A program made the position numbers and the translations under genes. This document shows, piece after piece, positions 13,031-26,205 of a stretch of DNA of 64,000 nt (position 1 is the stretch's first letter; every line of letters begins with the position of its first letter). Origin of the DNA: Octopus vulgaris. Lineage: Eukaryota. The DNA lies in contig OX597814.1 in NCBI GenBank assembly GCA_951406725.2, positions 119,350,001 through 119,414,000 on the forward strand, read 5' to 3'. The notes under the pieces are model-generated. The model did no database searches. It was not told where the DNA came from and worked only from the letters and a program-made list of their open reading frames with translations.

Positions 13031-14446
13031 ATATATATATATATTTACAGTTTTCATGTTGAGTGAAATCAAAGCATTTGATTAATCTGAAAAGTTACTC
13101 CATATTTTTGTAGATTACAAATTTATTATTCTTTAACGAGAATAGCGACTTTCATGTCATGTGTCTGTGGTTCAAAATATTTTGATCTCGGTACTGGTAT
13201 TTGTAATAAGCAAATCTAGACGTAAAAGACATACTAAGTTAATGGTTCACTTCTGCTTCTTGTCTTTTGATGTCAAAGCAGATCGTTTGTTCTTTACACT
13301 GTTGATGCCACCGGTTTGAATTGTACTTTCAAGGTGTTGAAACAACAATGAAATCTGTTTGGCAGCTGATGATGGTAACATATGTTTGATATGCATTTTG
13401 GTATGTGCAATCTTTTTATGTCTTGGATTATTGTTCTACTGAATTGTCCTTCATTCTCGTAAGTTTGAACATGTTACAGGGTTATATTGTTTACATATGT
13501 TGATACTGCATGCTTGTCTTCATTGGTAATCTCATTATACTTGAATAATAATTAGTACTTTCTAGTTTCAAGTGGTTCTATTACACACACACAAACAAGT
13601 GTATATATATATGTTTGTGTGTGAGGAAGTGCACACACATATACAAACAAAAGCATATATATGTTTGTGTTTGAAGAAGCACACACACACATACACACTT
13701 ATGGATTCAGTCAAATACATATGCACCCATCGACATATATGAGTGTCTATGCGTTTGTCTATATTTCTGCATATGGCTCAGGTAATGGAATATTGAACAA
13801 GGCACTTAACTAAATACTTTGCTACCTAATAAGAGTGTGTATGGGATCATGGACAACGTTATTATCGTTAACGCTTAGGTTAAGCATGTAAATAATGCTG
13901 AACATACACGGATTTCTTGTACTGCCTCTATTCAGGTGAATGTGCAAATGTTTCATGGGAAATGGAATGTGTTCTTGTAATACGAGAAAACAATATCAAC
14001 TGAGTACAAAAGAAGCTGCAGGCTCATTTGGATGAAATAGCTCCAAACTCATATCCAAAGACATACTCTGTGTTTCCTTGGATTTTGCTATACCGTCTAC
14101 GTTATTTCACCTTCACAGCTATCATCTCGCCTCCCGAATTATTACTCACATCTTTCTTCCCTCATCATATATCGAGCACAAGAACTACTTCTTACACAGA
14201 ATTCTTTACTCATATTCCTCTACACTAATCTCTCATTTACTACCTCCGTTCGCATATATTTCATAACTGTTTCTGTTTTCTATGCAGTTATCAACCTGAA
14301 ATTATTTGAGGAAAATGTAATAATCTTGTCGATATCACAGTCCTAGGGTGTCAGATCAACTCACAATCAGAGCATGTCAAACAAATTATCAAACTGTTCT
14401 AGCTAGTAGTATGAACTGATTTGACATGTGGTTAGTATATGTAGCA

Positions 14447-14746
14447 TTGTTTGTTCCTTCTCGAGACATACTTGGCTCATAAGGGCCAGTTTCCAGGTTT
14501 ACTTGGCGAATAGGTTCCCCACCTGGACGGACGCCGGTCCGTCGTAGGTGAGCTGCAAAAAGGAGGAGGAAAGAGAGAGAGAAAGTTGTGGCGAAAGAGT
14601 CAGCAGAAGTTCACCATTACCTTCTGCCTGAGCCGCGTGGAGCTTAGGTGTTTCGCTCATAAACACACATCGCCCGGTCTGAGATTCGAACCCACGACCC
14701 CTCGACCGCGAGTCCGCTGCTCTAACCACTAGGCCATGTGTCTCCA
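14447..14746 (-). mobile_element. tRNA-derived SINE family C (Meta-domain-like 3' part)
   Basis: Minus strand has TGGCCTAGTGG A-box and GGTTCGAATCTC B-box; highly similar copy at 43561-43861. Confidence 0.85.
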
Positions 14747-15600
14747 TATATAGTATTAGCTACTAGCTATATATCTTCCGGCTGATCACCTGCCAAATTG
14801 ATTGTTAAGGTGACAAGTGTTATGCTCAAAATTTCCAGTGCCATAGAAACAACTTACAAGTTTTCAGCTTCCAAAAGAAAATACTTGAACACTATACAAT
14901 ATATGGATTACATCGACTCCCGTGCTCAAATGGTACTCGTTTTATCGACTCTGAGATGATTGGCTAAGTCGACCTCGGTGGACCGTTAAGCATGCTGTTT
15001 GGCGTGCTAACTATTTAGTCAGCTTCCCGGCCTACTTTATGCTCTATAATTTACTGAAAATCGTTTTATTACAGTTATATATGTACATCCACTGTATAAA
15101 TATCTTTATTTTTACATTTTACTTGTTTCAGTCATAGCACTGTAGTTATGGTGGTTGATAAACTTGGAGACATTTATCCAAGATATCACGCAGCAGTAAT
15201 GTACTCGAAAACACATGGTTGCCGGGTTCTTGGTCACACAGTCATACCTGTACAATCTAGGTATCTATCTGTGTGTATGTGGTGGGGCGTGTATGTATGT
15301 ATGTATCTGTACGTGGATGTACACTAAGTAAGAGAAAGAGAGTGATTTAACCGACAAAATAATATTTATTACTGGTTATTTTCATTGAGATCATTGTCCA
15401 TACTATAAAAGTGGAAGCGTGATATACAGGAATGAAATATTTATATTTATACACCTCTCATTATCTATTTTGAGTTCAGCCCATGAGATTCAAAAAATAG
15501 CACATACTGTAAGTATGATGACATGTTGTAATAAAATACTGCTTAGAGAATTTCTGGTGCACCAATGCCTGATATTCAGAGGTTTGGTAGCCATACATGG

Positions 15601-15654
15601 ACACACACACACATACATATATATATATACATACATACACACATATATATATAC

Positions 15655-15717
<63 letters not shown>

Positions 15718-15818
15718 CATACATATATATATACATACATATATATAAATACATATATATATAAATACATATATATAAATATATATATATATATAAATAC
15801 ATATATATATATAAATAC

Positions 15819-15849
<31 letters not shown>

Positions 15850-16264
15850 CATATACATATATATATACATATACATATATATATACATATACATATATAT
15901 ATATACATACATATATATACATGCATACATATATATATATACATATATACATACATATATATATATACATATATATATACATATACATATATATATATAC
16001 ATACATATATATACATGCATACATATATATATATACATATATACATACATATATATATATACATATACATATATATATACATATATATATACATATATAT
16101 ATATACATATATATATATACATATACATATATATATATATATATATAACATATACATATATATATATATATGTATATATGTATATGTATATACATATATA
16201 CATATATATATATACATATACACATATACATATATATATATATACATATACATATATATATATA

Positions 16265-16297
<33 letters not shown>

Positions 16298-16523
16298 ACA
16301 TATATACATATATATATAAACATATATATACATATATATATACATATATATATAAACATATATATATACATATATATATACATATATATATACATATATA
16401 TATAAACATATATACATATATATATATATATATATACATATATATATACATATACATATATATATATATACATATATACATATATATACATATATACATA
16501 TACATATATACGTATATATATAC

Positions 16524-16554
<31 letters not shown>

Positions 16555-16612
16555 CATATATACATATATATATATACATATATACATATATATATATACA
16601 CATATATATATA
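15601..16612. repeat. ~1 kb compound (TA)n/(TACA)n/(CATA)n microsatellite
   Basis: Directly visible; source of the longest spurious ORFs. Confidence 0.95.
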
Positions 16613-17291
16613 AAATCTGTAAAAATATCCAAAACAAATCTACCAATATAAAAACCATATTTTGGTGGTCTATTTAAAACACTGAGCTAGCAAAATATTA
16701 AAGAAACTGTCGCAAAGAAGAGAAATTTATCGACATTGGAATTATAAGACATATTTCCCTCAATAGGATTAAGAACAGAACATTTAGAAACTGAGACAAA
16801 CATAATACAATTTAAAGACGAACAATGTATTAGAACACATGCGCGCGCGCGATCGAGCGAGCAGAAAGGAAATAACATGTCTCTCTCCATACAAGACGGA
16901 TTTGAAAGAACTGAGGAAATTCGTTGTCAAGAAAATTTTATATTCAATATATAGCGTCGTTCCTTAAATTTATGACGGAGGAGGTACGGGTAGTAAATAA
17001 CGCAGAAATAACATCTGTGACTACACTACTACTACTACTACTCCTATAGTTCTACTAAGAACAGGCTGTGTACTGTCGAAAGCAAAATAACATGTCTTGT
17101 ACTGATCGATATATTAATTCAATTGAAATATTTTTGAAACTGTAAAATTGCATATTATATTGAATTAAACTTCTTTCCTCAGACGAGATTAAGACAAAGA
17201 AAATCATTTCGCTCAGTTAAGGAGAAATAAAGTGACTCACTATAATACAATCGAAATTAATCCTATGATAGCCATATGTACACACACAAAC

Positions 17292-17357
<66 letters not shown>

Positions 17358-17562
17358 TTATAAATGTGTATACATGGACGCATACGTATGTGTTTATGGC
17401 GATGGAAACAGGAAGATAGAAAAAATTATTATCGATAATAAACACAGAAGTTACAGAGTGATTCAAAGGACAAAAGTTTCGTGAAATGGCACTCATCAAA
17501 CTGGTTTCAAATCATTGGAGAATATTTATATATCAGCCATAAATATACTTCTCGCGATAGCT

Positions 17563-17830
17563 CTATATACTAATATAAGTGAAGTTCAATATTAAGTGCT
17601 TGCTTGCAATGTTACGGCCAAACTGAAGTATAATGGGAAAATATTATGAATAAAGTTTCCCCTGAAATGTTAATACCAACTGAATAAAAACAAGTTTCGC
17701 GTAAATCGGACCAGTAGTTGCTGAGGTATTCGGTGTTTGGAGGTATAAATACGCAAGTCGGTGCATAATGGGAAAATATTTCGAATATAACTTCATCCTC
17801 AAAGGGAAGAAACTCTAACCTTTCGATTAG
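17563..17830 (+). mobile_element. Possible non-autonomous Helitron/Helentron fragment
   Basis: TC-TATATACTAATATAAG start and a CAAGTTTCGCGTAAATCGGACCAGTAGTTGCTGAG motif of the kind common in such elements; no clear 3' end. Confidence 0.35.
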
Positions 17831-18329
17831 ATACAATGATTTGACAACGAAATATTGCGATTTGTTTTTTTTACAGTTAATGTTTCTATTTTCGCTTTTG
17901 TTAAACAGAATATTTTAATCATTTAGATATATTTTTAAGTGAATGTGATTTTAAAAATGTAAGTTGTTTGTACAGTAAGTATTTCGCTATCTTTAATCAG
18001 ACAATATTTCAATGTTTTCTTTTCTATAAATTATTTTCAAGTGAATACCATTACAATTTTTTTTTTGGCATATTTTAAAAAATATTTAAAAATAAAAATG
18101 ACTTTAAAATACGGTAAATATTTCGTAAAAGACACGTTCGTAACCTTGGTGTGAAATAAGTTTTTGCATAGGTGCAAGAGTGGCTGTGTAAGTGCCTGTG
18201 CGTAGATAAATTGATACATATATAACCATACATGCATACGTAAATATATATATAAACGCATACATACATACATATACATACATAAGCTAAAATACATGCC
18301 CAAAAAGTCGCACGACTCTACAACGTATC

Positions 18330-19330
18330 ATCAGATGAAAGGAAGAGCCTGTATAAGCAGAAGATTATGCATGGATACATTAGTAGAAAGCTCTGAGATG
18401 ATAGTAACATTGATCATCAAAGAAATCTATCATGGACCAATAGCCGGATTACAATCTCCCACTTTGAAGAGTTTGCGTTTGCAACTCAGAAACAGGAAAT
18501 ATCAGCCAAATATCTGAAGCACATAAGAGATAGAGATGCAGGCAATCAAAGCAGTAAAATGTGACAAACGATGCAGTCTTTGTGGAGTTAATACCGAAGA
18601 TATCACCCACATCGGAAGCAGTTGTTCGAAAATGTCATCACGGTACTATCTACCGACGAGGCATGATGTTGTAGCTAGGAGACATTAAAATGAAATCTGA
18701 CGGAAGGATAACCCCGCCGACAGAGCAATAAGAACCCAAAGTATGGCAGAAGCCATAGCCACTCATAATAAAAAGGAATACTGGTGGAAAGTTCCAGTGA
18801 AGATCTCAATTACATGTAAGCGCAATAGACTTGATATAATGATTTGAGATAGAGAAGAGAACTGCGTACTGTTGTGGAAATTAGCTGCCCAGCTAATAAA
18901 GCTGAAGATGAATGAAAGAAAAAATACCTACTATTGAGAAAGCTGCAGTTACTCTAAATTACAAGTTCATGTTAATACCTTTAATTATTGGGTCGATGGG
19001 ATATATAACACACTGCCTAAATACCAATCTTGAGAAATTAGGCTTCTCAAAACCAGAAAGCAAATTCGAAGACTACAGATCCAATACATCACTGGAACTG
19101 TGAAAATCTGTAAAAGTTTCCAGACGTTAGTCATTTAAATATACATGAGCATGTCTAGATATGCAACTATATGCATGAGAATACATACATAAAATAAAAC
19201 ATACAATCTGCACATATACATACACTGAAAAAAAATACCCTGTTGTTGATGTTGAAAATTCCAATGAAGGACTGCTGAATCTAGAGTAGAAACTGGTTCT
19301 TTCTCTATTGGCAAGAAATCTTGAAATAAA
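18330..19330 (+). mobile_element. R4/Dong-like non-LTR retrotransposon 3' remnant (zinc knuckle plus restriction-like endonuclease), frameshifted
   Basis: Translates SHFEEFAFATQKQEISAKYL..CSLCGVNTEDITHIGSSCSKMSSRYYLPTRHDVVA..NRLDIMI..TVVEISCPA..IPLIIGSMG..GTVKICKSF. Confidence 0.85.
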
Positions 19331-19897
19331 ACCGAATAATGTCATACACACTCATATACATACACATGCAGGTACGTACGTACGTACATACATACATACA
19401 TACATACATACATGCATGCATGCACAAATGCTATCTGCATGTAGTGGTCTAGGACAAGCAACAACATGTATGTATGATCAGAGAAGTTAGCTAGCTTTAT
19501 CATGTGACTATTTCTTCGAAAATCAAAGATGAGATTGATAATTAGAAACAAGTGTTTCAATACCTTCGGTTTCTATATCCAGGATTTAAATTGAAACTTA
19601 ATTGGTGCACTTCGTTTTCTTAAAAATACTTAGTGAGAAAAAGTGGAAAAGCTACTGTTTCTCAGGACAAGAACTCAACCCCCGAACCATCGAAATTTGC
19701 AAGATTTTCTAAAACTGAACCCGTGATGTTGGTTCTCTTATCTACAGTCCCACGATGGAGCTCTGTACGTCTGTTAGAAACCAGTTCTTTTCTTACCAGA
19801 AGACTTCAAATGAGTACAAAATGGAGGCACATAAATGCATACATTACACATACACATATATATGCCGCGCGACAACACAAACTATATATATACATAA

Positions 19898-19945
<48 letters not shown>

Positions 19946-21127
19946 CACATATTTAAATATACATATATGGTCACACACTCATGTATACATATATATGCAC
20001 CACACATACATACAAATGTACATACATACATATATGCGCTAACACGGGGAAAGTACGCGTGAGGCCCATCGTCCATCGTTATAGATAAGGTCACGGGCTG
20101 TGATGAAAGAACGTTCACAAACAAATTAATCAATTATTTAATTACTTTCTTGATTAATTAATTAATTATGTAATTAAATGATAATAAGCTTAAATTAAAT
20201 TCAATGGGCTGCAGCAGAAACTTTCCCTTTCTAAATTTGTTTGTGTGTTTGTGTGTGTGTGAATGTATGTGAGTGTATATCTATCTATATATATATATAT
20301 CTATATATATATATATAACATTTATATGTATACATATACACATATATGTATATATACTCATACATATATATGCACACAGAGCAGATGGGTAAATATGAAC
20401 ACGCACACCCTTACTCACACACAAATACACACGCACAAACACATATACATACACATATATTTATAGATACAAAAAGGTGGATGTGTAGAAAGTGAGATGG
20501 AATGCCGTGTGTATGAGCAAAAATTGTGTTATGTTGGAGAATGGCTTGAAATGAATCTATCGATCGTTTTCCCTCTGGGATGTCTGTGCTTGTAAATCCT
20601 GTCTCGAGTATTCTACTTTGTGTCTCACCCTAAATTTGAAGGCATTAGAACCTGTAGAGCATTGAAAACTATAGGGACATTCGTTCCTCAATATATTCAG
20701 GAAGGGCTTTCTTCAGAATTGATTCACATTGGCATAGCATTTGTAGCATATTTTGGCTTACTTAATGTATGTTCTTAGCGTTTAGGACGAATGCATGTTA
20801 TGTGTGTGCGTATATGGGGCGTAGAATATATTTTCTTAATATGTGTAGTAATTGCGATTTCTGTTCAAAGTGACAAGGTGTACATTATCTCATTGAATAA
20901 TGTTTTCGAGACCTCTGTTCTTTGAAAAAGTACAGGTTTATTGTGAAGTATCTCAATTGTATGTGAATGAAACTCAGAAAAGGAGAAGATATTGAGGGAG
21001 AAAGAAAAGGAGATATGACCAGCGTAAGTGACAGCAAGTGGGTCGTTGTTGTATGACAGTTTAAGTATAGGTGACAGAACAAAAATTAGCTGCACAGAAG
21101 AATTTCGGCACCAATATTGTGAATTCA

Positions 21128-21307
21128 TAGTAATCCCGTGCCATATCGTGGTTCACCTATCGCGCACTCACTGCATCGCGGATTTTTCTGGCTAATATAT
21201 GTAGATCGCGGGTTTCTGCAGCAGATATGTTATTATATTTTTTAGATTTTAACTATTTTTGCGAGAGGTTTTAGAACGTAACACTTGCAATAGTCGAGGA
21301 ATTACTG
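21128..21307. mobile_element. pogo/Tigger-like MITE
   Basis: Degenerate TIRs (T/C)AGTAATCCC.. and ..CGAGGAATTACTG followed by TA. Confidence 0.55.
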
Positions 21308-21499
21308 TAATGCCATTACTAACACAAGCCTTTAAATATACTAGTACATTATGGTTGCATAGCGAAATACGGTGTCCCTGCCAGCAACTAATATTGTTAT
21401 TGTTTACTGCAAATTTTACGAAAGCGACCGCCGATAGCTATTAAGGGAGTTGCTTATAAAAAAACTGCCTCCATCACTTTGTAATGGTTGAAGTGAGTG

Positions 21500-22140
21500 T
21501 AATAGGAATCTGTGTGGTGTGCGGATTTGAGTTTCTTGAATTATTACTATTAAGAATTTCATAGGTGTGATGCAAGTAGTGCCATGACAACGTGCTTGCG
21601 ACACACACTCACACCCAGAACAAGACATTCTACCTGCACTAGAAACCAATATCAATCAAGTTTGTAATGCAAGAAGAAAAGCCATTGATTACAACGGAAG
21701 ACAAAAAGTTTACGACAAAATATCCTTCATGAAATATGAGAGAAGATCAGAGTGAATAGCTGCAGTTTCTCCAGATAGTTCAGACAACTTAAAGACTACA
21801 GGTACGTTTTTGACCTCAACAGGCAATGAAGATAATATTGATCTAGCTTCCAACAACGTGGGAAGAATGGTGCTTCAAAATTTCAGGTGAAGCACGTAAA
21901 GTTTTAGAACCTTTTGCGGGTAGAAGGGATGGCAGGCATATCTATATCTTGGTGGTGTGCAGACGATTCCCTGCTCTGTCAGTATGGTGGAAGCATACAG
22001 CCATTGGAAATAAGAAGAAGCGAAAGAAAGGCAGTTGCCTGCAAGGTATAAGAGGCAGCAGATACAACCTGTCGTTAGTAATGCAGCTAAGCCGGGAGTC
22101 GTGTGCATCTGGAAATCAGAAGCAGTGATTTCGCCGACAA
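21500..22140 (+). pseudogene. Possible highly decayed DNA transposase remnant (MULE-like)
   Basis: Higher-GC, coding-like stretch with THSHP and EGWQ-like fragments and many disruptions; weak. Confidence 0.25.
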
Positions 22141-23727
22141 TGGTGACCAATCATGGAGAAAATTTTAAGATTCAGAATCGAAACACCAAATGATGGTAGG
22201 ATTTTGTCTGATATCTTCATTTCCGTCTGGTCAAATGAGGCTTCAAATGATGATTACATCTAAATGAAACTGCTACTTCCTTCAGAAACCATAGATGAAT
22301 CAAGTGTAAACATATTCACTTAAATGTAATCGAGTTCTTAATTCTATTTACATTTGTAATTACATTTACAAGTGCAATTGTAGTGTAAAACATCAGGAAC
22401 TATTCACGTTGAAATATATATTATTAAAAAGGATTTAGTTAGACATATCAGTCAAGTGAATGAAATATTATGAAACCGCTAAGAATTCTTTATATGAAAG
22501 ATAGTCATGATATTTTAAAGAAATCTGTTTAATGCCACAGTTAGGATTTTACATATGCTTCAATTCTTAATATCTGTAGAACTAAATATAATGATTAAAT
22601 AATTGCGACGCATTGAAAATATTTATGACCGATATGCAGATTTTTTTCTTCTTTTTTTTTTTGTTTTTCAGTTCTGTACAACATGGGGAGATTTATTTAC
22701 AGATTACAGACAGGATTAAACTAATCGACAATGCAAATCTTCTTAATTAGGAATTGAAAATCACTGAATCACCACATATGCAAGTATTATGTGATAGCAG
22801 TCATGTTACTTGTTGCAGAAGTATTATGGTATGTTAATTGGAATGTAAACCAACTGTATACTATGATAAAATCCGGAATACTGTCGCATTAAAGAGCAGT
22901 ATACAACAGCATGTGTGAGAAGATGAGGCTTCGTCATTAGAATCTGTCTTGTCAGTAACACATTGACATTGATGGCTTTATTAGGGGATCATAACATTAC
23001 CAGAAAGCTAATTAACACACATAAGTTTAAGTGCTTATGTACTCGCAATAAAGGATCTGAAGGAGATTCTAAACGGACAAGAATTTGGTGTATATTTGCG
23101 TCGGAAAGTTAAGATATATTTTTAAAATATAGACCCTTGTAAAAAAGGCAAAATTGGCTTAGTCAGTATTGATTGGAAAGAAACAAAAACCAATCCAATA
23201 CGAGCTTTGTCAAAATACTAAGATGTGAATGTTAGCTACACTAATGAATCGAGTGTATATGTGAGTGAGTGAGTGTATGTGTTTATGTACGTGTGTGCGG
23301 ACGTGTGCGTGTGTATGAAGCAAATGATAGAGACGGGAAAATGGAATACACTGGTAAATTTATTCCTCACAACAATCGTTTCTACACCTCTGGCATCGAT
23401 CCTACGAGGGGCGAAAGTATCAAACTAGTTGTGGTGTGTCCTTCGGCGCAGAAATGTTTCATCAGGTTGTGTAATAAGAGCAGTCTTATTAAATGAACTT
23501 TGTTTCGCTTGGATTTAATACATATTGTGACCGTGGGTTTAAGCCGTTGGGCAGGATTATATAGTACCTACTTGACCGCTGTCATGCATACATCTTTGCC
23601 TGCCCTTAGACACTGCTCTGTAAGTGATGAACACACTATCACATACGCTCAACAACACACCGTACCGCCACCCTAGCCAAGAGGCTTTGTACAGACAGTA
23701 TGTTACATGATAAAGTGTTTATTCTTA

Positions 23728-23956
23728 TTTCTTTATTTCCCACAAGGGGCTAAACACAGAGAGGACAAACAAGGACAGACAAAGGGATTAAGTCGATTAT
23801 ATCGACCCCAGTGCGTAACTGGTACTTAATTTATCGATTCCGAAAGGATAAAAGGCTAAGATGACCTCGGCGGAATTTCAACTCAGAACGTAACGGCAGA
23901 CGAAATACTGCTTAGCATTTCGTCCGGTGTGCTAACGTTTCTGCCAGCTCACCGCC
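23728..23956 (-). mobile_element. SINE family A copy
   Basis: Reverse complement of 2917-3144. Confidence 0.85.
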
Positions 23957-24312
23957 TTATTCTATGAACACTTATAGACTCGCAGTAACAGTAATAGAAC
24001 GAATGATGATCTACACACGGACCTGTAAGTGCGGATTGATCTTGCAGCCAATACGAATAAACGGGACAGTTGATCAGCGTGTTCGCTAAATGCATGACAT
24101 TATTACTGTATTAATATTACTTTATGTGCTGTTTCACTGTTTCTTTGTTTCATTAAATTGTCTAGTTTTACTAGATGCGCCCCATGGAATAACCCCATCG
24201 GAAAGGGTAGCTATGTTCGACTAAACTTGGTTATAGGCATGGATGAGTTCGTACACATAAACTCGCTCGTGTATATGAAGCTATACACACACACATATAT
24301 GTAGGTGGGTGT

Positions 24313-24376
<64 letters not shown>

Positions 24377-24538
24377 ACACGTATATATGGGCATGTGTGC
24401 ATACATCTGTGAATATATGTATTTAGGTGATTATACACAGCGACATAAGCACAATGGTGAGAGCATACATACATGGTGTGAATAGGGGGGTATGCGCATA
24501 TCTGTGCATGTATATATGTATATATAAGCGTATGTTTG

Positions 24539-24587
<49 letters not shown>

Positions 24588-24590
<3 letters not shown>

Positions 24591-24790
24591 GGAGATTTAC
24601 TCGCATAGCAAGTGATTTGATCTGAGATCGTGTGCTGGAACGAAAACAATTGCAGCGTGGAAGGTGTTTGTAAACCATTTAAGAAACACACAAAAGCCGT
24701 TCGATTCACTTCAACATTTAAGTTTAAGTTGTCAAAATATTTTCGTCGCTAAAATCCGCGACCTGTTCACTGACAAAAATCCGTGCTGCA
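24588..24790 (-). mobile_element. Second copy of the G3-C8 hammerhead PLE-end family
   Basis: Near-identical to 9217-9407 in reverse; HHR at 24729-24776 keeps the GTGAACA core; abuts (TA)n. Confidence 0.8.
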
Positions 24791-24803
24791 TCTCATATAT
24801 CTC

Positions 24804-24846
<43 letters not shown>

Positions 24847-25805
24847 CACATATAGATATATATGTGCGAGCGGTTGAACGTATATGTGTATATATATGCG
24901 TGTATATATGTATGTGTTTCTAGATGTACATGTGCTTGTATATGTGTATCCATGTACATATGTGCACACACAGACATGTGTGTTTGTGTGTGGGTGTGTG
25001 TGTGGGTGTGTGCGTGAATGTGAGTGTACGCGTATGCGTGTATATATGTATATAGGCGTATGTAGTAATGTGTGTAGTAAATAGCCAATAAGAGATTTAC
25101 GATCAACTGATCCCCCTGATCCAGTCAGCCAGAATCTACGGTGCCTTGCCTCACAACAGGATACAAAAATGGCTGGACAGTTTAATGACATCTACTAAAC
25201 TGCACACATCAGCGAGTGTGTGTGTAAAAAACCGCAAGTGTAGGTATGGAAGTAATTACGCCTGGTACTGACACATCTACTCTTTCACTTTATTTTGTTT
25301 TATCCTCCTTATTTTTCTTATTCTATATTTCTTAATTACTCTGTTTATATCTACAACATTACAACGAAGCCCGTCCCTCGCCAGTTCTGCCCAACGGCTT
25401 AAACTTATGTTCACTTACAACATGCTGCATTAAAACCGAACGAATCAGATTCATTTAACGAGATACCTCTTATTATAACATCTGACGATACACTTCTGCA
25501 TCGGGGGATACACTACAGCTTGTTGTATAGTTTGCCACCCGCGAAGGATCGATGCATGATATGTCGAAACGATTGTTGTGAGCAATAGAGTTTACCTTGT
25601 ATTTCATTTTTCGTCTCTATCATCTGTTTTATACTCAACGTATATTGAGGAATCCCTGAGGTACATCCAGCGACAAATGGGCAGTTATTACTGTGGGTGA
25701 CGTCAGGTAGCTATAGACATATAAATAATAATTAAACGGGAAGTCAGTACTCTAATTTTTTTTTAAAGAATTCTCTCTACATATAAATTAATGTGTTTAT
25801 ATATC

Positions 25806-26205
25806 TCTTTTACTCGTTTCTGTCATTTGACTGCGGCCATGCTGGAGCACCGCCTTTAGTCGAGGAAATCGACCCCAAGACTTATTCTTTGTAAGCCTAG
25901 TACTTATTCTATCGGTCTCTTTTGCCGAACCGCTAAGTTACGGGGGACGTAAACACACCAGCATCTGTTGTCAAGCGATGCTGGGGAGACAAACACAGAC
26001 ACACAAACATATGTAGACACACATATATATATATATACATATATACGACGGGCTTCTTTCAGTTCCGTCCAGCAAATCCACTCACATGTCTTTGGTCGGC
26101 CTGAGGCTATAGTAGAAGACACTTGCCCAAGCTGCCACGCAGTGGGACTGAACCCGGAACCATGTGGTTGGTAAGCAAGCAATTTACAGCACCGCCACTC
26201 CTGCG
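25806..26205 (-). mobile_element. tRNA-derived CORE-type SINE family B (octopus OR-like)
   Basis: Minus strand has GGGTTCAGTCCC B-box, CTTGGGCAAGTGTCTT core-like motif, an internal microsatellite and a CAGCATGGCCGCAGTCAAATGAC tail; many copies. Confidence 0.85.

Noticed and set aside
13365-13400. CAGCTGATGATGG, and the related minus-strand CTGATGAAG at ~10177-10185
   Set aside because: Probably PLE-derived repeat ends, but I could not build a hammerhead fold around them.
14670-14746. tRNA gene candidates (also 43790-43861, 2010-2065, 31131-31190)
   Set aside because: A and B boxes are present, but they continue into SINE bodies with no proper acceptor stem or terminator.
15476-16677. 360-380 aa ORFs in several frames, and all other [12 protein letters not shown] ORFs in the track
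   Set aside because: Translations of dinucleotide and tetranucleotide microsatellites, which lack stop codons by composition.
19255-19315. ATGAAGG..GAAACTGGTT in the R4-like 3' UTR, considered as an HHR or SECIS
   Set aside because: The core fits neither; better explained as a simple CCAAT/ATTGG-closed stem-loop.
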